Source of the DNA: an uncultured virus (IMG/VR IMGVR_UViG_3300046513_000233)
Taxonomy: Duplodnaviria > Heunggongvirae > Uroviricota > Caudoviricetes
Strand: one strand, 5' to 3'
Length of the DNA: 20,000 bases
Virus record (IMG/VR): IMGVR_UViG_3300046513_000233
Part shown: one piece after another, positions 7,999 through 14,688 of the stretch
How the letters are laid out: each line of letters opens with the position of its first letter
Position numbering within the stretch: the stretch's first letter is position 1
Program-made: the position numbers and the translations under genes
The notes under the pieces: model-generated
Database searches by the model: none
Seen by the model: the letters and a program-made list of their open reading frames with translations, nothing else
What the model was told of the DNA's origin: nothing

Positions 7999-8211
7999 TT
8001 AGAAATCTGAAATCACGGAGTACATCATCCCACCGAATAACATCGCCATCCCACCAAGGAATCCAATCAGGCCGATACACAAAAGCCAATCGACTGAACC
8101 CCAAGGCACGTCTACGACTGAGCCTGTGCAGATGTTGTGAATATGATTCACGCCGAAGTCGGTTGATTCTTTTAGGCACTTCGCAAGGTTGACATTCAAG
8201 TCTTCGGTCAT
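7999..8211 (-). CDS. Small membrane protein (70 aa)
   Basis: GAGGA RBS; C-terminal hydrophobic helix WLLCIGLIGFLGGMAMLFGGMMY. Confidence 0.75.
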   Translation of the reverse strand: MTEDLNVNLAKCLKESTDFGVNHIHNICTGSVVDVPWGSVDWLLCIGLIGFLGGMAMLFGGMMYSVISDF

Positions 8212-8227
8212 TTCGTTTCCTCGTCTG

Positions 8228-8301
8228 TACTTACTGAAGCCGTTTCGATCGCTGCAGCGAACCGGGCGATTACATCCCGGGCAAAACGGCTTCAGTAAGT
8301 A
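8228..8301. repeat. Perfect 18-bp inverted repeat enclosing two small hairpins (three-way junction)
   Basis: TACTTACTGAAGCCGTTT (8228-8245) / AAACGGCTTCAGTAAGTA (8284-8301); inside are TCGC-TGCA-GCGA and CCGGG-N9-CCCGG. Confidence 0.85.
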
Positions 8302-8615
8302 AAGGTGCGGTCTTTCCCGCCGTCACACATCTAGGCGCCCCGTGTTCGGGCCAGTTCTAAAAGATCAGTCTTTTTCATCTAAGCCCCGGCTTGACGGGGA
8401 CTGCATACATAAAGAGGAGTTCTGTTAGAGCTTCATGAGAGCACCTACTTTGTTGCGAGTTCTTTGGGTTTCAATCGTCAACTTCGTTTTTCAATTTACG
8501 GGTTTACAGTGTGATACCTAGAACGGGACAACCTCCTATGTTTGGCGTGTTGCTCGCGTCGGCTTCCTTAATCCACCAACCGCGAAGTTGCCTCACGCTT
8601 CGTGTACTCACGCCG

Positions 8616-8888
8616 CTACACAGCGCCGCGAATTTCGTAATGACCGGGCGCGCACTTCACCTGTGCAATGCGCCACTTGTCTGAATGATAAAGCGGATGC
8701 TCGCTCTTCCACTTCGCGACGTTTGCGATGCCGTGAATTTGGCAATCGATGAACGTCAATTCGGGTGTCAGATCGGAGTTGGTAACGATCTCCTCAACCC
8801 GCGACTCCTGCGGGGCGCAATCGCGATCGGCGGACATTGGCCCGGGGACGATCAGTTTGCACATGATGGCAACGACGGTGACGAACAT
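8616..8888 (-). CDS. Cys-containing, probably exported hypothetical protein (90 aa)
   Basis: ATG 8888 overlaps the upstream TGA; hydrophobic N-terminus MFVTVVAIMC, four Cys and a W.SEHP motif. Shorter than track ORF 8616-9131. Confidence 0.72.
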   Translation of the reverse strand: MFVTVVAIMCKLIVPGPMSADRDCAPQESRVEEIVTNSDLTPELTFIDCQIHGIANVAKWKSEHPLYHSDKWRIAQVKCAPGHYEIRGAV

Positions 8889-9073
8889 CAGAAGCCCGCC
8901 GCTGCTCGGAAGGCGTGTACGATCGTACCGAGCCAATGGCCGTAGCTCTCCGGCCAAAAGAACGCGTAGACCACGAACAGAATTCCGCCAGTAAATGGAA
9001 TCACGTTCCGCGTGTTCACGTTCGAAAGGTACTGGCCGAATGCGAACCCGGCCTTGTCTGTATTGTCTGTCAC
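8888..9073 (-). CDS. Small membrane protein (61 aa)
   Basis: GTGA/TGATG coupling; hydrophobic segment VIPFTGGILFVVYAFFW. Confidence 0.7.
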   Translation of the reverse strand: MTDNTDKAGFAFGQYLSNVNTRNVIPFTGGILFVVYAFFWPESYGHWLGTIVHAFRAAAGF

Positions 9074-9195
9074 TGCACCGTCCCCATGCGCAGAGGGTCA
9101 ACGGCGCCAACCACGATCGGCGGCCACTCAAAAGAAAACGGCACGCCCGACTTTCCGTCGTTGCGTGCCTTCTGGTTTTCTTGCCGCTTGGTCAT
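9070..9195 (-). CDS. Hypothetical protein (41 aa), probable first gene of the leftward operon
   Basis: GAGGGG RBS; MTKRQENQKARNDGKSGVPFSFEWPPIVVGAVDPLRMGTVQ; GTGA overlap downstream. Confidence 0.6.
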   Translation of the reverse strand: MTKRQENQKARNDGKSGVPFSFEWPPIVVGAVDPLRMGTVQ

Positions 9196-9223
9196 TTGTC
9201 TGTCCCCTCAATGTGGGACAAGC

Positions 9224-9263
9224 TGTAGCCCGATTAGCTACAAATTACAAGACCGTTCAAGCT
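9224..9263 (-). promoter_or_regulatory. Leftward early promoter with overlapping operator (PL/OL-like)
   Basis: Minus strand AGCTTGAAC-GGTCTTGT-AATT-TGTAGCTAATCGGGCTACA: TTGAAC -35, GCTAATC -10-like element and palindrome TGTAGC-N7-GCTACA. 31/40 identical to 10452-10491. Confidence 0.75.
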
Positions 9264-9602
9264 TTCTCCGTTGCGAACTGTTGAACGAACTGTACGAGGC
9301 GCGCGTTCAAAGGGATTGTAAACCAGTGACGCCCCGATTGGGCGCTCTTCCCATATCTGCTTGGCGAATTGCCCGCGGATGACCGCCCCCGGGTCCGTTC
9401 TCTCTGCCCACAGGTAGAGCGCGGCTAGGCGCTTCCTGTCTACGGCTCGTTGATGGTCTGGCAGCACCCTATCCGCTCTAGGGGCCTCACCCGGTGGCTG
9501 CCAGACATACCAGATAACAGCCAATTCAGAACAGGCTACAGCGAATGACTTCATGTTAAACGTAGAAAGAAGAATGCAAGTATCGACCGCGCTATGACTC
9601 AT
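9234..9602 (-). CDS. Possible accessory protein downstream of the repressor (doubtful)
   Basis: Only long ORF filling the gap between repressor and PL. No recognisable motif, and its 3' end overlaps the promoter/operator. Confidence 0.35.
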   Translation of the reverse strand: MSHSAVDTCILLSTFNMKSFAVACSELAVIWYVWQPPGEAPRADRVLPDHQRAVDRKRLAALYLWAERTDPGAVIRGQFAKQIWEERPIGASLVYNPFERAPRTVRSTVRNGESLNGLVICS

Positions 9603-9712
9603 AACCCCGCCCCGAACTTTCACTTAGGTTGCAACCTGATTGTTGCGCCACCCAGTGCGCTTGTAGCCAAAACGGCTGCGGAGCGTATCCGGTTAACTAC
9701 GGAGATTAAGAC

Positions 9713-10372
9713 TTATTTTAGAATTCTCGTCATGCGACGTATGATGGCCACAACTTTTACGGTTTCGCCCTCTTCTCTGCGCTTCTTCATGCCGGTAGTG
9801 TGGACAATAACGGGCCTATGACCATCGCAGAGGTATTCAGTCCGGTCTTTGTATATTTTCACCACTCGTGGGGATACTTCAATAAGACCGGAACGAGTCC
9901 GCTGGATTACGACTTGCTTTCCGTCAGTGATCTTTTCGACCGGCGCGATACAAATTAGCGTATCGCCATTGAGTATGCCGGACGAAATCATGCACTCGCC
10001 CTTCATCCGGAACGCGAAATGTTCCGCAGAAGGGTGCTCAAAGTCGGATGGAACAACAATCGTTTCAGCGTCATGTGAGTTCAATTCGTCTTGCTCCCGC
10101 CAAACGCCGGCAGCAATTTCCTTTTCAACTCTAAGCGTCTGTAGGTTTTCTAACGAACCCTGCACAGGCATGTTGGGTACGGGCTCTTCTATGTATGCAG
10201 CGATGGCCGCTAGTTCGTTGCTGAAAATCTTCCGAGTGCCCCAAGTCATTTTGTAAACAGTCTGACGCGTCATCCGCGTTTCCAGCTTCAGCGCCTTCGT
10301 TAGCGCCGCAGCTAGGCCAACTGCGCTCTTGCCGGGTTTCTTAAGTCCTTCCTTTAGCCACTTCTCATACAT
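9713..10372 (-). CDS. CI/LexA-like phage repressor (N-terminal HTH, C-terminal S24-like domain)
   Basis: HTH-like N-terminus (KSAVGLAAAL...RQTVYKMTWGTRKI..NELAAIAAYI), IAAG cleavage-site motif and FAFRMKGECM..GILNGD. Divergent from an HTH gene. GAGGG RBS favours ATG 10372 (10378 possible). Confidence 0.85.
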   Translation of the reverse strand: MYEKWLKEGLKKPGKSAVGLAAALTKALKLETRMTRQTVYKMTWGTRKIFSNELAAIAAYIEEPVPNMPVQGSLENLQTLRVEKEIAAGVWREQDELNSHDAETIVVPSDFEHPSAEHFAFRMKGECMISSGILNGDTLICIAPVEKITDGKQVVIQRTRSGLIEVSPRVVKIYKDRTEYLCDGHRPVIVHTTGMKKRREEGETVKVVAIIRRMTRILK

Positions 10373-10451
10373 TCCCATCACCCTCTGAAAACTCAAAACA
10401 CTACGCTAAAGTACAATCAATGTTCCCTTTCAAGCGGCGTGTCAAATTTTT

Positions 10452-10491
10452 AGCTTGAACACCCTAGCAATTTGTCGCGAATCTAGCTACA
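10452..10491 (+). promoter_or_regulatory. Rightward early promoter with overlapping operator (PR/OR-like)
   Basis: AGCTTGAAC-ACCCTAGC-AATT-TGTCGCGAATCTAGCTACA; same layout as 9224-9263; operator TGTCGC-N7-GCTACA at 10473-10491. Confidence 0.75.
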
Positions 10492-10503
10492 CACTACCCA
10501 CGA

Positions 10504-10522
10504 TGTTGCTCGATTGGCGACA
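10504..10522. promoter_or_regulatory. Second rightward operator
   Basis: TGTTGC-TCGATTG-GCGACA; fits TGTnGC-N7-GCnACA with the same central GATT as the other two copies. Confidence 0.72.
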
Positions 10523-10542
10523 CTATTTGGGGGTACTGCTAG

Positions 10543-11040
10543 ATGCAGAATGGGTTGATTGCACAAGCACTTACTAGACGTGAAGAGCGCCCGGATATTC
10601 ATAAGCCTGTCGCCAAAGTTCGAAGCGGAGAATCTTTCCGCGGCAACATAGCCGAAATGGTCCGCGACCTCAAAGAGCACGTCCCCGGCCTATCAGTTAG
10701 GCAGTTGTCCACATTGATTGGCGTCAGCGTCGGCACCGTTCATAACAACCTTCCCAAGACGACAGAGGCCAATGACCATTCGGAACATTGGACGACCGAC
10801 GACAACGAGTCGGCTTCAGCCGCTCACTTGTCAGCTTTGCGTAAGCATCATGAATGCTATCGCGATGAAGTTTCGTACATCCTTTTTGACGGCAAGACCG
10901 CCGATCGCGACGAGTGGTCGACCGTGCCTGCAGTCTACACCACCCCGGAATTTCGCGACCCTTACCGCCGTGCCGATCAGTCTCACACGATCAAGCGGCC
11001 GATTACCTTAGCTACCCGCCCGTTCAGCGTCGCGGCTTAA
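10543..11040 (+). CDS. HTH DNA-binding protein (Cro-position regulator)
   Basis: LSVRQLSTLIGVSVGTVHNNL helix-turn-helix; first gene after PR; ends RPFSVAA. Confidence 0.75.
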   Translation: MQNGLIAQALTRREERPDIHKPVAKVRSGESFRGNIAEMVRDLKEHVPGLSVRQLSTLIGVSVGTVHNNLPKTTEANDHSEHWTTDDNESASAAHLSALRKHHECYRDEVSYILFDGKTADRDEWSTVPAVYTTPEFRDPYRRADQSHTIKRPITLATRPFSVAA

Positions 11041-11087
11041 ACCAAACCCCAACACACCCAAACCGAAACAACATCTGAGGAGATGTG

Positions 11088-11273
11088 ATGCAGGATTTTG
11101 CTTATTCGCTGGATGACGAAGTCATGGTTGGCAACGTCAAAGCAAGCGTCGTTGGTGCCGCAGCATTCTCGCACAAGAGCGACGAATATCTGTTGCGGCT
11201 GATCGATGACGAAGGACTCCCGTCCGAACGTTGGTTCACTGAAAGCGCAATCAGAAAGGCGAGGACTCATTAA
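11088..11273 (+). CDS. Hypothetical phage protein (61 aa)
   Basis: GAGGAG RBS; YLLRLIDDEG...ERWFTESAI; TAATG coupling. Confidence 0.78.
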   Translation: MQDFAYSLDDEVMVGNVKASVVGAAAFSHKSDEYLLRLIDDEGLPSERWFTESAIRKARTH

Positions 11274-12175
11274 TGAATACGTTCAAGAAGGGTGACGTTG
11301 TCAGCGTGTATGGCAAGGGCCGGCATATCGTGGATTACATCGATGGTCCGTACGTCTATCACGACAAGGGCGGGTGCTCCTATCACGGTGACTGCAAGCT
11401 CGTGCCACAGCCGAAGTTTGGGCCGGGGGATGTTGTCAGTAACGGCAGCAGTAGCGGCGAATTCACTATCAAGTGCGTGAAGACGAGCTTCCAAGACGGA
11501 ACACCGTACAACGGCGAGGCTGCTTACGATTACGCGGACTCGTACAAGGGCGCTTGGGATTACGAGCGCCATCTGACTCTCGTCCGTCGCGCCAACCCCG
11601 CACCGACGCTTGGCGACATCGTTAGTGATGCGTTGAAGAGCCGGAGCGGTATCAAGGTTGGCGATCGCGTTCGATTGGACTCGCCCGAATATGACGACAT
11701 CCCGGGCACGGTTACGTCGATTGAGTGGCCGCACTTCAAGGCTCGTTGGGACGGCGGGGGAGGCGATTCCGTTCCATTCCCGATCAAGTACGCCGTCGTT
11801 ATTTCGTCAGCGCCCGGCCTCGAAACTGTTTTTTCGGAGATCAGGGCCGGTCGCGTCATTAACGCGATCAAGGAGTATCGCGCGGTATACGGCGTCGGCC
11901 TGAAGGAAGCCAAGGACTCCGTTGAAGCGATCCGAGAGGCAATGAATTTGGCGGCCCCGGCCCCCGTATCCGCCCCACGCGACTCGATCGTGGTTCGGTT
12001 CGAGAACGGCAAGTACGAACCGAACTCGCCGCCGAAGGTGCACCCGTCGCTTGCGGAAGCCACGGCGGAAGCCGAACGGCTCGCGAAGAAAGAGCCCGGC
12101 ATCGCGTTCGCAACGTTCTCGCTGATGTCGCACAGCACCGCGACGAAGCCGACTGTTTCGACGGTGGCGAAATGA
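11273..12175 (+). CDS. Multidomain protein: three SH3/KOW-like repeats, ribosomal protein bL12 C-terminal-like motif, C-terminal phage domain
   Basis: FKKGDVV, KFGPGDVV and IKVGDRVR repeat starts; INAIKEYRAVYGVGLKEAKDSVE; PKVHPSLAEATAEAERLAKKEPG. Confidence 0.78.
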   Translation: MNTFKKGDVVSVYGKGRHIVDYIDGPYVYHDKGGCSYHGDCKLVPQPKFGPGDVVSNGSSSGEFTIKCVKTSFQDGTPYNGEAAYDYADSYKGAWDYERHLTLVRRANPAPTLGDIVSDALKSRSGIKVGDRVRLDSPEYDDIPGTVTSIEWPHFKARWDGGGGDSVPFPIKYAVVISSAPGLETVFSEIRAGRVINAIKEYRAVYGVGLKEAKDSVEAIREAMNLAAPAPVSAPRDSIVVRFENGKYEPNSPPKVHPSLAEATAEAERLAKKEPGIAFATFSLMSHSTATKPTVSTVAK

Positions 12176-12306
12176 CCACAGACAAGCCGCAACAGCTTCC
12201 GCGGCGTCCACCTCCGGGCGCTGCATACACAACATGGGTTGCCGATGCCAAAGGCGCCCTCACCGAGCAGCCGGCGTACGTCGCGCCAGAGAGTGACGCA
12301 GCATGA
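12172..12306 (+). CDS. Hypothetical protein (44 aa)
   Basis: MTTDKPQQLPRRPPPGAAYTTWVADAKGALTEQPAYVAPESDAA; ATGA overlaps at both ends. Confidence 0.7.
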   Translation: MTTDKPQQLPRRPPPGAAYTTWVADAKGALTEQPAYVAPESDAA

Positions 12307-12884
12307 CGGAATTTGAACCGTTTCCGAAGATCGGCCGGCTTCGCCGCGACTGCGTCGTTACGGAGAAGATTGACGGCACGAATGCACAGGTTTGCATTGT
12401 TGCAGACGGTGAACTTGACGGCGCCGTTGCCTACGTCGGCGGGTACTCGATTTATGCCGGCTCGCGTAGCCGGTGGCTGCAGCCCGGTAAAGGCAATGAC
12501 AACTTTGGCTTTGCCGGCTGGGTTGTCGACAACGCCGCGGAATTGGTCAAGCTTGGCGAGGGAAGGCACTACGGCGAGTGGTGGGGCGTTGGAATCCAAC
12601 GCGGCTACGATCTGACGGAGCGCCGCTTTTCCCTCTTCAACGCCTACCGCTGGCGCGAGGAACGGCCTTCGTGCTGCGGCGTGGTGCCGATCTTGTATGC
12701 CGGGCCGTTCAACACAACCGCAGTCGATGCTGTTGTTTGGGAGTTGGAGCGAACCGGCTCCGTTGCCAAGCCTGATTTCATGAAGCCAGAGGGAATCATC
12801 GTCTATCACGCGGCGACGAAGACGTACTTCAAGCGGCTCTTGGAGAACGACGAGATTTCCAAGGGCGAGGCGCTAGCCGCCTAG
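12303..12884 (+). CDS. RNA ligase family nucleotidyltransferase
   Basis: Motif I TEKIDGTN, AGSRSR, YGEWWG, FSLFN, VVPILYAG and PEGIIVY. Confidence 0.85.
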   Translation: MTEFEPFPKIGRLRRDCVVTEKIDGTNAQVCIVADGELDGAVAYVGGYSIYAGSRSRWLQPGKGNDNFGFAGWVVDNAAELVKLGEGRHYGEWWGVGIQRGYDLTERRFSLFNAYRWREERPSCCGVVPILYAGPFNTTAVDAVVWELERTGSVAKPDFMKPEGIIVYHAATKTYFKRLLENDEISKGEALAA

Positions 12885-13062
12885 CTCCCCAGACGGCACC
12901 ACTACCAATTGTAGCCGGCGCCGCCAAAACACCAGCCCGTTGGGCAAGTTCTGAATTTTCGAACCCGCTGTTGACCACAGTTCGGGAAACCCATATTTCT
13001 GCCAATCAGAAAGGTACGTATCAATGAACTGCGGCATCGGCATTTGGTTCGGCGTGTTCTGA

Positions 13063-13233
13063 GTGCTCGACATCATCCACGGCACCCTAGCATCTTTGGA
13101 TGCTAGCTACTTCGTCGCTTGGATATTTGGACTCATGCTCGCGGTAGTCGTCGCCTGCATTATCGGTCACTTTATCCTGAAACTTATTGACCACTGGAGA
13201 TTTCAGATTTGGCTAAATCAATTGCATCGTTAG
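13063..13233 (+). CDS. Small membrane protein (56 aa), in frame with an upstream 12-codon ORF at 13024-13062
   Basis: GTG...YFVAWIFGLMLAVVVACIIGHFILKLID...; overlaps the ATPase start by 25 nt. Confidence 0.45.
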   Translation: MLDIIHGTLASLDASYFVAWIFGLMLAVVVACIIGHFILKLIDHWRFQIWLNQLHR

Positions 13234-14021
13234 TTTCGACCAAGTCCGACAGGCCGCCGATTTTGTTGCTCTACGGTGTCGGCGGCGTCGGAAAGACCTC
13301 GCTTGCCGCGGAATTTCCCGACCCTGTCTATCTGCATACGCAGGGCGAAGAGCCGCCAAGCAACGTTGAGCTTGCGACCCCCGGTGTCGTCGAGTCCTAC
13401 GACGAAATGATTGAACTGATGACAGAGCTTGTCGTTGGCGATCACGACCGGAAGACTGTCATTATCGATAGCCTTGACGGCTTCGAGTCGTTGGTTTGGG
13501 CGAAGACATGCGGTCGACTCGGCGTCAACTCGATTGAAGACCCCGGCTACGGCAAGGGCTACATCGAAACCGATCAGGAATGGCAGTATTTCATTGACGG
13601 TGCCTTGGCCCTGAAGCAGCGCGGAATTTGCGTTGTGATCTTGGCTCACCCTGAAATCGTTCGTTTCGACTCGCCTATCACGGACCCGTACAGCCGATAC
13701 ACCGTGAAGCTTCACAAGCGAGCCAACGCGATTATCCGTGAGAAATCCGACATCGTCGGATTCATGAACTACCGCACCACCATCAAAGAGAAGGAAGTTG
13801 CCCGGCAGAAGACAGTTGCTCACGGCGAAGGCGGCGGAGATCGGCAGATTCATCTTGAGGAACGGCCGGGCTTCCTAGCCAAGAACCGATACCAAATGCC
13901 GACAGTGATTCAATACAAGATCGGCAAGGGTTACGAAGAACTTTCGAAGCACTTCCCGGCGCCATACGGCGCTGTGGTGGCGAACGACAACACCAAGACG
14001 ACCAAGAAGAAAGCAGCGTGA
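13209..14021 (+). CDS. AAA_24 / Sak4-like phage ATPase (single-strand annealing recombinase family)
   Basis: LLYGVGGVGKTS Walker A, TVIIDSLD Walker B, GYGKGY, ILAH and AKNRY. GGAG RBS before TTG. Ends VANDNTKTTKKKAA. Confidence 0.88.
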   Translation: MAKSIASLVSTKSDRPPILLLYGVGGVGKTSLAAEFPDPVYLHTQGEEPPSNVELATPGVVESYDEMIELMTELVVGDHDRKTVIIDSLDGFESLVWAKTCGRLGVNSIEDPGYGKGYIETDQEWQYFIDGALALKQRGICVVILAHPEIVRFDSPITDPYSRYTVKLHKRANAIIREKSDIVGFMNYRTTIKEKEVARQKTVAHGEGGGDRQIHLEERPGFLAKNRYQMPTVIQYKIGKGYEELSKHFPAPYGAVVANDNTKTTKKKAA

Positions 14022-14674
14022 TGGGACAGTTTAAGATTGGGGACAAGGTCACTAATAGCGGCGTTGTCGCGACGGTGATTGGAGTTGAGCAACTGCTACG
14101 CGTCGATTGGGGTAACGGCATCTTTGGTTTCTGGCCGGCTTCTTCTTTTACGCTCGTGCAGCGCAAGTTCAAGGAAGGCGATTTCGTCCGCAGTATCGCT
14201 GACGACGAAACCAATGGCACCGTTGGAGTCGTCTTCGAAGACGACGGCAGCGAGGAAGATAGCGACCCGTATTGGGTTGGTTTGTTCGATGCTGACTGCA
14301 GCGAATTTCCGTTCTCTGCACACGAGCTAATTCCTTGGGTGCCGATTGTTGGTGAACGCGTCATCGAGGCAGACGCGGACGATGACGAAGAAGGCACGAT
14401 CGTTTCGGTTGCCGATGGTCGCGCGGTTGTTCTCTGGGACTCGTTCCCTCTCGCTCAAGACTGGCCATTGTCTGATCTTGAGCCGGCCGAAGAGTTCGAA
14501 GAAGACGATTTCGAAGTTGGGGACGAAGTCGTTTATTCGAATCCGCTCTTTACCAACACCTACAGCGCTCGTGTGATGGACGTTCAAGAAAACGTCGTCT
14601 TCGTCAACTTCGAGTCTGAAGCTCCGTTGGTCGACGCATATTACCCCAAAGATTTTTTCAGCAAGGCAGCATAG
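14021..14674 (+). CDS. Acidic protein with four SH3/KOW-like repeats
   Basis: FKIGDKV, FKEGDFV, IVGERV and FEVGDEV repeat starts; about 47 D/E versus about 12 K/R by hand count. Confidence 0.75.
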   Translation: MGQFKIGDKVTNSGVVATVIGVEQLLRVDWGNGIFGFWPASSFTLVQRKFKEGDFVRSIADDETNGTVGVVFEDDGSEEDSDPYWVGLFDADCSEFPFSAHELIPWVPIVGERVIEADADDDEEGTIVSVADGRAVVLWDSFPLAQDWPLSDLEPAEEFEEDDFEVGDEVVYSNPLFTNTYSARVMDVQENVVFVNFESEAPLVDAYYPKDFFSKAA

Positions 14675-14688
14675 GAGTTACGAACTAG

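Noticed and set aside
9275..9290. Alphaproteobacterial LexA box (GAAC-N7-GAAC)
   Set aside because: GAAC copies at 9275, 9283 and 9287 give spacers of 4 and 8, not 7.
9693..9709. CtrA box (TTAA-N7-TTAA)
   Set aside because: The spacer between the two TTAA is 9 nt.
9662..12928. Additional operator-like sites at 9662-9680 (TGTAGC-N7-GCTGCG) and 12910-12928 (TGTAGC-N7-GCCAAA)
   Set aside because: Second half-sites are degenerate and the GATT core is absent; they may be weak sites but are unsupported.
11560..14397. Long antisense ORFs (11560-12192, 11868-12809, 13230-13853, 13783-14397)
   Set aside because: Shadow frames of GC-rich plus-strand genes, with no motifs or RBS.
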